In this document: one piece after another, positions 36,853 through 51,600 of the stretch | Numbering within the stretch: the first letter of the stretch is position 1 | How the letters are laid out: the number at the start of each line of letters is the position of its first letter | Source: Pocillopora damicornis | Lineage: Eukaryota | Reading direction: 5' to 3' | Length of the DNA: 64,000 bases | Assembly: GCF_003704095.1 (NCBI RefSeq) | Contig: NW_020845872.1 | Coordinates: forward strand, 1-64,000 | Translations under genes and position numbers: made by a program | The notes under the pieces: model-generated | Told to the model about the DNA's origin: nothing | Seen by the model: only the letters and a program-made list of their open reading frames with translations | The model's database searches: none

Positions 36853-39800
36853 ATGAACAGAATGATGTCTCGACCAAAACGACCCGTTAACGGCCGTATT
36901 TCTGTTCACACTCACGATATTGTGGACGAGCTATTGGACGACAATGGCAAACATGAACTCTCCAAGGTGATGACGAAGTAATTTTTCAATATTTAAGTAC
37001 ATTATCTACGTATATCTGATAAAAGTTAAAGCAACCCTTTTTCAATCTGTTAAACCTCAATACTGTGTGACTTCTCATGGCTAACTTCATTGCAGGATAA
37101 TCACAGACGAGCTTTATCGGCGTCGTCAGTCGAGAGACTAAAACCTTTTGGAACGTACTCGGAAGTAAGAGCTTCCAGTGCCAAGTCAGCCTGTCCTTCG
37201 GACCATTCTTTCAGAATTCAGACCTGGTTGAATGAAAAATCCGTTCGAAATATTCAGGTAGTCTTATCATTGAGTCCAGCCCATGTAATCGTTATCAGTT
37301 AAGTTATAAATACACCGGAATTAAAAGTAACTTGAGTCCCTAGAACCCTCATTGAAACACTCGATCCAAAAGAAAACCTTAAGTTTAGCCCTAAAATATT
37401 GCCCCGTTTCATTTCAAATTGAAGGGCTTTTAAAAAAATAATAAAAAAAAGGGAATGGAGAAGTTTGTTCAGAGAATAATTAACTTCGAAAGAATTTCTC
37501 GTATTTGTATTATTGACTCAGACAAAAGCTCATCTCAGCATGAGTGCCGAAATACACAGAGGCCTTCAAACCGCGCAAATCAACAAAGCGGATACTAAAG
37601 GAACTCTCCAGTATTTTAAATTTTAATCTTGATGAATCGGTTATCCTCCCTCTGTAGGAAAGGACCGACTTTGAGTCACGAGCCACTAAAAATATGTACA
37701 CGACGCTCCTTGATAACGAGAATACTTTTGTAAAGGTAAGTCTGTAAGTGAGTAAGTAGCAATTTCCGTCCCGTTAGATAATCCTGGTATTAAGTTACGG
37801 CTTTAGTCGTTGTGCAGAGAGTGACAACTAAGAACGGTAATTATTTATTTTTAAGGTGTTAATTAGCATACCTTAATTAAAAGGTAGTGTTGGTTGACAT
37901 TAGGAACGTTATTATGCTCAACCAACGGTCACGGGAAGAGTGCTTTTTTTTTTTGCCGCAAAACGCTAGAGATATACCAGCATAGAATATGGATGCACAT
38001 TTAGGAAGTGTCGAGAAACTTAGTGACCTGATCAAAATAATCATATTTTTCTTGATTGCTCAAACTAAGTTCTTTATCAACAACATATTGACAAACTTAA
38101 CTACTGCAAATAGACGCTTGCCTCTACAATTTTGTTCTCTTTGAGTTGCCCTACTGAAGCAAAGAACTCACACAGGTGAAGTCTGTTTGCAAATTGTCAC
38201 AACTTAACCTATAGTGTAACCACCACCCTTAAAGAAGTAGTGAAACCATGATTGTTTTAACTCATATCTAAACAAATTACTTGATCCTGATTGGCTCATA
38301 CTCAATTATGCAAAACTTGCAAGTAATTAAAATCATCAACCACTCTGGCTGCTTTCAATCTTATCCTTTGTTCAATCCTTTTCCTCTCCCCCTGTTCCCA
38401 TTCCTACACATTGGGGTTGTGGCTGTCAACAAACAACTCTTTGGGCCATCTTAAAATTGACTCATGCATTAGCTCATTTACTTTTTGCTTTCAACAGGAT
38501 GTTGACAGTTTTATTGACCAGAAAGAAGCCCTTGACAGAAGAAAGAAACAAATGCTTTTCAAGAAATGGAGTGAGCGAGTGTACAGTCCTGTCAAGGTAA
38601 GTCAAATACATATTATTTAAAAGCTGATGCTCAAGCTTTATTATTTGCAGCCCATTGTAAATATTGCATTTGAATGGTTAAGAGAGCAAGTACAAGATGC
38701 ATTTAAGCACAAAACTAATAACTGGTGATGATAGCATAACCATGAAACAACCTGTGGAGGTGTGTATGAGGTCAAACTCAAAGCCTTGTTGAGCTGATTT
38801 ACACAGTTTGACTTTTGCCCAAGAACACTGGGTGTTAAATAGATGAGAAACCACAGAATTCTCTGGCAACTGTGCAATTTTCTGGTGATGGTGCAAGGTT
38901 CTCCAGCTACATTTTGATGGACTGAGCTACATTATTTCTAACTCAGTTGTTAAGTGAAAACAAACAGTGTAACTGCCTGGAAAACCAACATCAGATCATA
39001 ACTACAGAAAATACCATCTCACAAAAGTTGTATTGCCCCATTAAAGTTTTGATTTTGATTTTGACTGTTATGTCACAATTAAATAATCAATTAAAATATT
39101 TTGTTAGGAAAAAATAGATGAAGAAATGAATGGCCCAAACTACAGACACTTGGATAGAAGAAAAAGGAATATTTACAAGAAATATCTCGATTATAGTAAC
39201 AAAAAGGTGAGAATATACATATATATATATATGTGTGTGTGTGTCCCTATATATATATATATATATATCACTGTTTATTTTCAATGATTTTTTTTAAAGG
39301 AAAATTAGACTTTGTAGAGCTAAGAAAGAATAGCTAAAATAGTGTAAGACAGGATTGCTATCTGCAGTCTCTCCAAACTTAAGATAAATAAAACACATTA
39401 ATTCCAAAAATTGGTATCATGAAAAAAAGCTCTGACAATTATAGAAACACTCAGATCTCTATGTGTCGGTAAATTATGAAATACACTAGAATTGAGTAAA
39501 TTTCCTGAGCACACATGTAAATGTCATTACCATCACTAACAGTTTGATATTGATTCCTTTTTACTCAGGGTGTAGTATTCCTAGATGTGATGTCTCCTGA
39601 GGAATACAATCCACTAGTTCTTAATGCCAACCGGCCTGCACCACTTAAGGTGAGAACCTTTCTGACAACAGAGAAAACAATGATGCCCAATTGGCCTTTG
39701 TAGACAAGCCAAGCTCTTTCAGAGAGTCTGACCACTCACATTTGAAACATTTCCTATTGTTTGATGGTTCAAAGTGAGACACTCTACCACCCAGTACCTG

Positions 39801-41290
39801 TTCTTGCATTTCATTTTGAGCACTCATCTTTTCATACCTAAAAGGAAAAGATTCAGAAATTATAAAAAATAATGCACCTTGTTGTCTTGGGTCAAACACA
39901 CAAGTAACTGGTAACCCAGTAATTAACACAGTAGCTTTAAAATTTCATCAAAATGTTGAGAAGTATACACATTGTTTCATGAAGTGATGCAGAGTAACAC
40001 AAACAGACCTCAATTTAGACATTAATACTGCAATGTACAATTTGTATTACCTACAATAAACACAGATCTAATCAACTAACAGTTGGTACTATTTTGTAAA
40101 TCCAAATCATTTCGATAAGTTACTGTTGGCAACAGTTAAAGTATCTTAAGTGGTTAATGAAGGCTCTTATAATAACTGATATTTGATGGATGTTTTCAGG
40201 CAATAACACAGAAACTAGATGACCCTCTATTATCTCAAGGAACAACAAGATTGGAGGAAGATCGCACAATGGTGAGGTGCATCACAGGAGATACAATGAG
40301 TGACAAACAACTAGAAGAGATCCACCTCCCTTCAGCCCCACTGGTGCCTCTGGGTCGGCATGGCACTGAGTGTAACACTTGGCTAAGAATGCAATTACAT
40401 GATATCGACAGTGGTGTTAGGAGAAGAAGCGGGTCAGTCTTTACTACTGCACTAATTCACAAGATGACATGATCTCCCCAAAATTGATATACAATAAATT
40501 TTAGCCAGTTTGATAACACCATTCAGAGGGCAGAATTGAAAAAAAAGGTTCTGAAAATTTCACTTCCATATGAAAAATTGAAATAACTTGTTCCTTCACC
40601 AATGGTGTTTACATAACTATGGTGTTGTTTTAAAAGTCAAATTCAAACCATTTGTGTTTTAGTACTTTCACATCATAGCTGGTGGGTTGTGGGAGTGCAA
40701 CTATGAATTGGGAAAACTGTATGCTTCTTTCAGTTGCATTTACTGGTGGACTGTTGGTTAATAAAGAATATAAAACACTGTAACAGCAAAGCTGAGTAAA
40801 AGAGTGTCACTCTTTTTACTCAGTGTTTCCTCATACTCAAAAAATTTTTAAGTGACAAAATTTTACAAAAAAAGAGGCTTTGAATGGTCTGTTTGTTTTC
40901 ATTAAATGCATGGCCTTGGTTTAAATGTAATGTAATCTCTGAACTTAAAATTAGCATCTTGTAGATTGTTTGAAAAGCCAAATTTTTAAACCTTAAAATT
41001 GTTTCTGCTTCTCATTCTCACCTAGGCTTCGTATGAAAGGAATCTACAATGACTCAGACATTGACCATGAAGAGTGGAGTAAGCTAGAAAGGAATCCTGA
41101 AACTATTGATGTTGAATTAAGATCCCAGAAGAGACGGCTGTTTAGAGAAAAACACGCCACAACACTTCAGTTTGACTGGCCTGAGCTGCCTTCCATCAGT
41201 AAAAATACCACATACCATCCACGCATACCCAATGTCTTGCCGCTGGGCACTAGTTTTGAATATTATCCAGAGCTTAGTGCATCATATTAA
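36853..41290 (+). CDS. FAM228-like protein (exons 36853-36966, 37096-37257, 37658-37735, 38498-38596, 39108-39206, 39569-39649, 40200-40432, 41026-41290)
   Basis: All GT-AG junctions join in frame. Segments ENTFVKDVDSFI..RKKQMLFKKWSERVYSP..KYLDYSNKKGVVFLD..EEYNPL resemble FAM228A/B. Confidence 0.75.
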
Positions 41291-41965
41291 CAACACTATA
41301 GAAGCAAATTTAGTGAAAGGGGAGAGGGTCAATGTTTCTCAAAAATGTCTACGTAAAATCATAAATATTTGAAAACAAATTTTCAACTCCACAATGTTTT
41401 CATGGAAACATATTTTTTGATTTTTTAACAGTAAAAACATTTTGTAATGGAGTACAGTCAAGTCTGGTATTAAAAGATTTTTTCCATGCTATGGACACTG
41501 TAAATCACATTTCTGATTTCTGAAATATCACGCCTAAAGTATTTACAATGTAAATAAATAAATAAACATATTCTGATTGTAATCTTTTGCAGCTGCCTAC
41601 TTAATATGAAAGTTTTAGAAATAAAAACCAAAGATAGCAGATTTAATTAAGTTAACTTGTTTCGGGCTGCCCCCCCCCCCCCCCCCCCCCCAAACACCTT
41701 TTACTCTCGAGGTAATTAAATTCAACCATTTTACGCTGCGCGATATATACATTGACAAGATTTTTGACACAATCAAAAATTAACGACCCGTTAAGTTTTA
41801 CTGATACAACAATAAAAAAGGGGTATGGCAAAACAAAATAAAGAAAAACTTCACAAGTCAAGATCAACCACTGACTACACTTTACAATTTCTTCTTTGCA
41901 ATTGATCTCAAGCTTACTTGTAATATTTCTCTACAACTGGTCTCTTTGGCCACGTGAAGTTACCT

Positions 41966-42319
41966 TCACGTTTTTCCTCTCGCCTTTTTCATTCTTCTGG
42001 GGGGAGGTTTCCTCGTCCTTCCTATTTTGGCCAACTGTTCTTCGATGGCTTTCCTCATATCGATGTAATCAGGTATCTGAACATATCGAATCTGTCTTCC
42101 ATGAATAAACATAGTCGGAAAGTCCACTACATCACCACCGTTTCCTTTAGTAAACTTGACATCTGACATTCTGACATTCATAAAACCATCAACATTTTCA
42201 ATCAGTCCTTCAGCCGATGACTCGTTTCGTAATTCCACAATGGTCCTATGACCTTCCACAGCTTGTAACAAACAAACGAGGCTTCTTTCTGCCACAGCTC
42301 TCTCTCGACCACCCGCCAT
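41966..42319 (-). CDS. LSM10: U7 snRNA-associated Sm-like protein LSm10
   Basis: ERAVAERSLVCLLQAVEGHRTIVELRNES..G.IENVDGFMNVRM..FIHGRQIRYVQIP; single coding exon. Confidence 0.93.
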   Translation of the reverse strand: MAGGRERAVAERSLVCLLQAVEGHRTIVELRNESSAEGLIENVDGFMNVRMSDVKFTKGNGGDVVDFPTMFIHGRQIRYVQIPDYIDMRKAIEEQLAKIGRTRKPPPRRMKKARGKT

Positions 42320-42653
42320 TGTAAGAAGAAAGAGGGAAAAGATAACTTTTCAACCCTACTAGAATGTAAATGCAGACACTCTATTTATTTTCCTCAAGGC
42401 TCGTAAAATTTAGATCTGTTACAAGCCGAATTCGAGGAAAATTCGAAGTTCAAAAACAAGCAAGCAGAAAAGTGATTTGCTTCCCACCAATGAATCAAAT
42501 GGCGGGCTTTTTTTTTCTCGGGGAGGGGAGTGAGGGTAGGAACGAAAGGGTTTCGTATAAGTCACACAAAGGGTATCGTAGAGGTCAACAAATGACGGGA
42601 GGTTTTGGCTTGAAAGACTGAGCGTGAAAGTTTTAAATATTCGGCGAGCTATC

Positions 42654-45600
42654 ATGATCAAAGGAGAATTTGCTTTGAAAGAAGAGCTCAGAGGATTAGA
42701 GGAGAAGATGTTCGAAAAAATGGACGCTGAGCATCGGGTATTCTATGGTATTTGATATTTACGATCGGTGGCTGCATGCCATCTCCTCTTATTCATTAAT
42801 TAAGCTGCAAATTGTAACATTTGCAGCTCATTGAATGGAGGAGAGATTTCGGTTACTCCCATATTATTCTAAAACAAAGCTTTAGTCCCTAAGGAAATCT
42901 TTTGTTTTCTTTATTCAAGAACTGTATTCAAGGGGTTGTGAACAATGAAATTAAGTTGCGATTACGAAGATATATACCTTTTTACTATCAACCGACAGTC
43001 TCACCTTTGCCTATCCTCTTTGAAGACTTTCACCCCTTCCCCCTCATTTTTGTGGAGTTTCTGCACTTTTGTTATACATGCATTCAGAGTAAATGTAGAA
43101 GGGGTTTTTGCTGACATGGTGCTGATTGCTTTCATGAAATCTACTTATTATGCGTCAGAATTATTAGGAAAAATCTGATTGGTTTAGAGTATTCAATCAA
43201 TATACAATGGCATGTGAAGTTGACATTATTTAACAATTATTCCATGAACCCTCATTGGGTATGAGGCGATAGATAGTTAACAAGGCCTATAGAGCCCAGT
43301 TGGCTATAATCATCTCATATCCAACAAGTGCAAGTGGAATAATTGTTTCACTAAAAATGCCCTAAAATATAGATAAATCTTCACAACATTATTTTTTAAT
43401 AACAAATAGAATGCTACAATATACAAAATCACTTTTGGTTTAACTTGTCTAATGAAGGTGCACAGTATAATGGCTCATAACCTATGATAGTTAAGCCAAT
43501 GAAAGCTCTTGAATTGCATTATCCAATGATCCAGCTTTTAATAAAACCCAATATCTGCAGCAGATATTGCATTTATCATGTAGAGTTTAAAGTCTGCATG
43601 GTTTTCAAGTCCCTTGTCCATGTAGTGTTCTCAAACTTTTGGAAACTCAGAGAAACCTTAAATGGCTGAATGTCACGCATAATGAAACAAATATTGAGAT
43701 CTGTTTTGGCATGATATCATGACTTATCAAACAACATGTCTGTTTTACCTCAGACCTCAGTTTTGATAAGTCATGATATCATGCCCAACCTCACTCAATA
43801 ATATTACTTAATATAAACTTGAGAATAAAATATGATATTTAATGAACTTAAAACCTAATTATAAAATCAAGTTATCTTTTGATAGAGCTTAAAACAGTCA
43901 CATAGAGGTAGCCTTTCTCTCGAAGCTTCACATCACCATCTCATAGAGTATGTGGAACTTTTAAAACAAGGTAATAAAAAACACTACTGTATATGGTTTA
44001 AGCCTTAGAGTTACAGGTGATCATGTAATTTGATGTCTGTGTGTGAGTAGTCTGGAAATGGACCATTGTTGGTTGGAGTGAATGATGTTCAACAACCTTA
44101 TATCATTCATGATCAGACTCAGGTGAGGAGTTGTTTGCCAGTTGAATTAAAGTTTTGGTCGGCTTCGAAGTGATGTTATTGGCTTTAACATTCAAGTAGT
44201 GTAAGTCAGCTGAGATAAGTCAGTTTATCTGAATTCTTCTTAACTCAATTTTACCAGCAAATTTCTGGGAGATTCAACAGATGTCAAAGCCCAGAAATTA
44301 CTACTTAATATCACCTTACACAGGAAAATCCTTATTTTTGTTTACTTTCAACACACTTAACTAAAACTGGGATCTTAAAACTAGTTTCATCTATGAGAAC
44401 CTCCTCAGGTGATACCAAAAAATTGAAGCAGACCCTAACTGCTACGCATTTCCTTGTAAGTTAGTTATGAGAATTTGGTGTCAAATCATGATAACAACTT
44501 ATTCCTGATAAGTTTGAGTATTCTTATTATCTGTTAATCACTTCAGGGAGTTAGAGGATCAAGATGAGGCCTCAGCTAGATTATCACACTTGCTATGGCT
44601 TGTAAGAGTTAATGATGGAATAATCATGGTCTAAACTTTTTTGCTATGTTTTATTGTTTACCAGTGTTTTACTTTATTTCAGCAACTTTTATGAACCTTG
44701 ACATAAAGGAGTGGGTAATTGAAAATGACCTTCTTGTGAATCGCTTAAAAGTGAGTATTTCTTATTGTGGTATATATTATCATTTAACAAAATTCGCTCA
44801 GCTCACTTTGCAGGGAGGTCCCAATTTTGTAAAAAGTGCTAGAGAATTGGTCTCTTGTGTATACAACTTTCAGGAAGGTTTGTAACACTATGTAATGGTT
44901 CAAACTTTGTTGGATAAAAGCTGTGTTTAATTAAACATTTGATTGGTCAGTGTTGCTTTTCATCTCATTGAATCAAAAAGGAGGATGGCAGTAAAGCATC
45001 AGTTCAGAATGTTCTGGAGAGTTTCACCTCTCTGTTGGAAAGAGTCCAAGGTGAGTATTTTCCAACTAGTCTATGTTTGTATTAGCTAAGATATGAGAGG
45101 TTTAAATTTATCAAGATCTGATTTATTACTGCAACAAAACATCACTTTTTTATTCTGTTGAAAGGTATTCCCATTTCATAAGATTTCCCAAGTTATTTCC
45201 CAATTATGGGCTTGGTGGGTTCATTTTTCCAAACACAGATTTATTCTTCATCTGTTACTGAGTCCTGGAGGATGCAATGGTCAAATGGTGAGGTGGACTC
45301 TGGAGCCATAGTGTAGATTGAAGCCCCAATTTACCTGCCTTGTGTTGTAAAAGACATTATTTTGAAGTACTGAAAATATCAGTGTCTCTCCACCCAAGAA
45401 TGAATTGCCCTATTATTGAGCCATGGTGAACATTTTGTGACTGATTTTCCCCTTGTTGTAGTAATTTGTACTACAACTGCATTTAATTACTAAAATCTGA
45501 AAGATGTCAATGGGCTATGCAACAATTTCCTTCTTACTGTAATCAATCATTCCCCATTCCTTCATACAGAAAAAAAGGCAAACCAGTCCAAATGCTGGCT

Positions 45601-48600
45601 GTTAATCACAGACTTATCCTACAACAAGTAAAACTATTTTTACCTTTTTATAGGCCTTCCACCAGATACGGCATTCATTTGCTATGAACAAGCAGTTGTG
45701 TATAATTTGTGCCACTTGCTGTTACAAGGCCAGATGAATGTGAGCATTGGAGGTATTCACAAAAGTGCTGCCATACTCCACCAAAGCATCTGTAGAGGTA
45801 TGTACGCATACCAGAATTTACAGTGTTTTACAAACTCAAAAATATATATTTATTATTCTACACCTGCAGAATTAACACCTTGTGAGATCAATTGAATTTC
45901 TGTCTCTTTTCAGGGGTTAAACAAGTTTGAATTTTATATGCTTATAACTTCAAAGCTAATTTTTTTCTTGATCCCATCCTTCCTCCATAATCTCTTCCCT
46001 CACTTTTGGTTGTACCAACCAGATTTGGTTCATATTTGTTTCTTCAACATGTGCAGCACTTGCAGCATTCAGAATAGAACCTTGTCACCAAGGGGAAGAG
46101 GACTTTAGCAACATACATCTTTTTGGTCCAGCAAACATTGAGTGTACTATAGACTCACTTCTACCAGCATTGTTTAAGGAATTGATCAAGAGATCTATTG
46201 GGTGTGGCCCCTTTGTGTTGAGTTGCTGCCTTTTAGCATTTCAGTGGCTAATTGATGAGAAAGGTGAGTATTCTTTGATAATCAGTTGGTCCATCTGTGC
46301 TTAGCTGTGCCTGTGTTATCTGTTTGTTTGCCTCTTTAACTTTGAGACTCAGTCAGTCAGTGTCTCTAACTATATATGTATGTCTACCTGTAGGTCTTTT
46401 TGCCTAATAGTTTGTTTGTCTGTCAGTCTGAAAACCTCTGCAACCATAACTTAAAAATTTTATCATTCAATGTTTTTTTTTTAAAATAAGATTAGGAAAA
46501 TCATTGTGAAAATTTTATGATACACCAAACAAATGCAGTGACAGTTTTAAGAGAAAGCTAATGGGTAAAAGAATTTCAAACTAGCATGAATCATTTCTCT
46601 GTCAGTGAGGGAAATTCAAGGCCTATTTGATACCTTTTTCCTTTAGTGAACCAGGCTGTAAAACTTCTTTACCTGATGCAAAGTCAGTTGAAACTTGTGG
46701 ATTCAAACATGAATTTTACTGATGAGGTTTGTAACAGCATTCAATTTGGCAAACATTTTATAAAAGCTCATGTTGATCACTTAGATGTACTCTGTTATGA
46801 ACTTAAATAAATTAATCATCATTTTATGTTGTATCTAAGGTATCTGAGATTCCTCCACATTGTTTACAGAATGAAATGACCAAAAGTAATAATGCCTATA
46901 ACCTTTACTTAATATGCAGTGGAGAATTAAAACTTCCTTTTTCCATTTTCTGTCAAAAGGGGAACCAAAATTTATACATAGGTACTGTTAAAGTATATAA
47001 GCATGAAAGAGGCAAAAACATTTTGTAGCATTTTAATAAAGTTACTATATACATATTTTGTCTAACAATTTTGAATCAAATCTTGTTTTGAAGCATATCT
47101 GGCCTATCTATGAATTGAAGTTGCTAAGAAACTAAAGTTATAAAAATTGTTTTTAAGTTTATCACTTTTTTTCTGCACACTTGGGATGACAACTTCACTA
47201 TTGCCTTTCCCTTGAACACCATAATCTCCTCTAATGCCACCAAATAAACTGAGATGATTTAAATGTTACAGAAGAAAAAATTGGGTAGAACAGACACTGT
47301 CTAGTTCTTACTTATTTTAAATTTTTTATTCATTTGATTGATCATTAGGTACCTGCTGATCGGCTTCCTGTATGCCTCTTCAGTTTAGAATACAGCTCAT
47401 CAATTTCTAATAGTGTAATCACTTCCTCTACCCACTCAACCAAAGACTTGACAGGCAAGATAGCATATTCAGATTCCTATAGTTGTTATTTTAGTTACTG
47501 TTTTGGCTAGTAATAATAATAATAGTGATAATTTAGGGCTTGTATCGTACAGATTAACATGTAAGTAAGATAAAATGCGTGTTACATAATAATCCCAGTG
47601 GCCATAAACGAAAACATGTCAAAAGTTGAGGTAGTGCTTTCTGGTTGTATTCCTCAACAGATATACAGAGTCTGTTGTCGGTGGTGACAAGTCTGTTGGC
47701 ATTTGCCCTCTTTGCAAATAAGGAATACGAAAAGGCACTGGAAATACTGAGGGGCAAAGAAAATACTCATGATGTTGGTTTTCATGATCTCTATCTCAAA
47801 GGTTTGGAGTCTTGGTGTATTGATTTAAAGTCAAAATGCAATTAATTAAAAAAAAGGAAGATGTGTTTTAGGCAGTTGAAAGACTCTTTTCCTTGTCTAT
47901 AACCGTCATATGATTGGAGAGTACAGCACAGGGGCTTAAGTACTTGTGATTTTGTTGTTATGTATGGTTGCAGGATACATTCTCTATGAACAAAATCAAG
48001 TGGACAGTGCACTGACATGCTTTCAGGAGTGTTTATCCATCTCACAAGAACAGAACAGAGCTGCGACTTTGAATATGCTAGGGTGCTGCTGTGCAGTCAA
48101 GGTAGATGTTTTAAGTAAAAGATCGAATTGACATGAAATATGCGCTCTTTAGTCTGTGAGATTTTGATTCCTCTTACCCTGATGTTGTCGTTTAACAATT
48201 CATTGTTATCTTTATATCTTTCCAAGGGTAAACATCACACTGCGGTAGCGAAGTTCAAGGATGCCCTGGAACACGATTTCCAGCAGCTGGAGGCTCTTTT
48301 TAACATTTCTCTTCAATATCAAAAGATGGACAAGTTTGAAGCGCAAATAAAAGCTCTTGAACTTTTAAAAGAGGTATGTTTAAAATTTAAAAACAGTTTT
48401 ACTAGTTGTGTTTCCTTATGCCAGAGCAGACATAACTGCACTGGAGAGTGAAGTGTTAAAACAGCTAGCTTGCGAGCTGCCCTAGCTCTTAGCGCTGCAA
48501 GACGTGTGTTTCTCCGCCTTACGGAGAGATCTGTGAAAAGCCGGGGAGAACTCGCTTTGCCGGAGATCTGCAAACCTCTCGCCGCCTGGCTGGCTTTGCT

Positions 48601-51600
48601 TCTTAAGGCCTCAAACTTTTCGACGAAGAAATGCTCGTTTAAATATAAAATCTTAACGGTAGTAAAATGAGATTTTCAACTCAGTCATTGGAACCAAATT
48701 GTATCTCAGCAAATCAGATGCAAAACTAAAAATAATCGCGACTTGGTCACTGGCGTTTCCTTGTGCCTTAAGAAGTTTTCTTGTTTACGCATGGAGTTTT
48801 CAATGGCCAGTGACAAAGTTAACCTTTGTTTTGATTTGGTTTGGTTTTCGACTCTTAATTGAAAACTGCTCCATCGTGGAAGGGAAATTTATAAGCGTAT
48901 TCTCTATCTATATTTGTTTGTATTTTTAGGTCATCAAGGCTAGACGGTGTGAGCCACAGACTTGCCAACACCTTGTAGTAAGTCCTCGAGATCACAGCAG
49001 AGAACACAGTAAAGGTAACCTAGGTAAGGGCTTGAGCACTTTCACTCCAAACATCTCAATGTCTATTCTTCTTACTGTCTTCTATGAGCCAACTAACTAA
49101 GCCGACTACTCTTAGGTTCATTAAATACACAATTCTTTTGAAATTTTGTTCCTCTAGATGTGGAATTATCCGTTCCTCCAAGATTTTCCTTGGGCAGTTC
49201 GAAGTCAAGTGCTCGCATGTCAAACGAATTGGTTACTTACATACTTGCGAAAAGATATTCAGAATTAGGAAGGTTTGAGGGATTTTCTAAATAATCTGAT
49301 TTTCCAAGAAGTCTGAAATTCATTTTTCGTTTATAGACGGCATTTATCGTCACAATATATCATTATTGTTATTAGATATAATTTTCCGTAGCTGGACGTC
49401 ATTTATCGTCACTAAATATTATTTACCTTCTCTACACGTTATTTGCCTTCGCTTGACATTATTAATGGTCATTACATGTTATTTCCCGTCAGTATACGTT
49501 GTTTATCATCGTTTGCCGCCACTAGACATTATTAATCGTCGGTACCCATCATTTTTCGTTTGTAGACATCATTTGCCGTCTCTAGACATTATTTACCCAC
49601 ACTACACGTTATTTGCCTTCGCTAAACATCATTTACTGTTACTTCATGTTATTGATCGCCGGTCAACGTCATTTTCCGTCTTTACATGTTACTTACCGTC
49701 GTTATACGTCTTTACCTTTACTAAGAATCATTTATCGACAGCACACATTTTCTGTCACTTGACATAATTCACAGTCATCAGACAACTTCTCGTCACTCGG
49801 CAAAATTTACCTTTACCTCAATCTGTCGATTTTACTTGGTTAATCAACACCAACGTACCCACAGTTCTCGTATGAAAGTAACTTCCTCGTGCGTTTTTTA
49901 TGGTCAACAGTATCTAAATACATACATATCTTTTGCTAGGTTCGAGGAAGCAGCGACGAACTTTCTGGAGTTGCTGGTCAATATTGTAGAAGTGCGCACC
50001 TCCAACTTTGTAAGAATGTCATAAATTTCTCGTTCTCACTGATATTTTTGTTTGAAATGCGTCAGTTTTAAACCAGCTTATTTATTCCGGTACATTTTCA
50101 GCCGCAAGCTCATAAAAATGGTATAATCTCGGTTCTCATCTCCTTATTTCGCAAATGTTTTCAGATTTAGGCTTTTTTTCATCTCGATGTAAGGCATGCC
50201 CAGTTCTTGTTAAAAATACGATCAACAATCATTGTAACACTTCTTCATTCTTAGCGGCCGAACGTCCAAAATCTTCCCAGTCCTACCGAGTTGTATAAAA
50301 ATTGTGCATTTGCGCTGTCTAAAGCTGGGAGACATGAAGACGCGGTGACAATTTGTGATAAAGTTCTTACTTCTATCGAGCATGGAGAACCTACTGAACA
50401 AGGTATGTAATTGGTGAATTGGGCTTGTGATAGGTTTTCTCTGCAAAAGAGGTTTACTGAGACAGACAAATATGACAAGTGTTACCTTTACAATTTTCAT
50501 TTCCAACTGCACCCATGTCAGTATTTGGAGATCTTTCGCCTACATAATTTCATCTTCGTCACTGCACTTTGAAAATAGCGAACTGGTCTTCCGCCGACCA
50601 GTTGTGGCTAGAGAAAATGTTTTGTTTATTTGAAGTGACTCATATTTTCGATTTATGATAGCTAGCAGCTTTAAGCCCGAACTGTGTACTTTGTAAAAAC
50701 TTTCTTTGTCTACTCCCCTCTAATTCCAGTGTCTGCTGCTAGGAGCTATCAGAGGCACTGCCAGCCTGTACTCCACCCCAACCCCACCCCTGAATGAAAG
50801 TTTGTCTGTCACAGGTTACTCCAGGAATTGACTCTACTTTGTTTTTGCCTTCAAAGGTCACAACGATGAAATAAGAGTCAACGATAAAGCTCCTAAGAAA
50901 AGGCTGCGATCAGATGACGGGGAAGATTATTTGAGCACCTTCAATAGCGAAACGGTGTCTGACAACATACAAATGCTTATGTTGAAATCAGAGTCATTGG
51001 TTCATCTTCAAAAACCACTAGAGGCCTTGCAGTCTCTCAACAGGTATTGTGAATTCTTCTTTAAACGTATGCGACGTAATTATATTTCGTCTTGCTTCGA
51101 TGCAGCGTACTTGGAGAAAACAGTCAAGTTTTAGTGACCGTGAACTACATTAAGTAGAAGAACTGAAGGGAGACATCTACCGTGAGTGAAAGTGATCCTC
51201 GCAGTAATGTGCACTACTTGGGCAGTAGTGAAAGTAAGGCCTGAAAAAAATTCAGGCCCGTACGGGATTTGAACCCATGACCTCTGCGATACCGGTGCAG
51301 CGCTCTACCAACTGAGCTAACAAGCCAACTGGGAGCTGGTCATTATGTTGGTTCCAAATAAACCCGTGAAGTGATGAATAAACAGTTAAGAATATATGAA
51401 AGTCACTATTTTCACTACTGCCCAAGTAGTGCACATTATTGTGAGGATCACTTTCACTCACGTCTTTATCCGCAGTTTAAATATACGACTTTCATATATT
51501 CTTAACTGTTGAGACATCTACCGTTAAATCGTTGTATAGGCCTCCAGGCCCATTCTTTAGGCATTCTTGTAATCAAAACCACATACGGTATGACAGATTA

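Noticed and set aside
49366-49767. 133-aa hydrophobic ORF
   Set aside because: It lies in a degenerate tandem repeat within an intron, has a non-ATG start and shows no domain features.
51254-51326. Functional tRNA-Thr gene, and ORF 51252-51461
   Set aside because: Embedded in a repeat with a target-site duplication, C at position 33, a mismatch in the anticodon stem and an atypical GGT anticodon.
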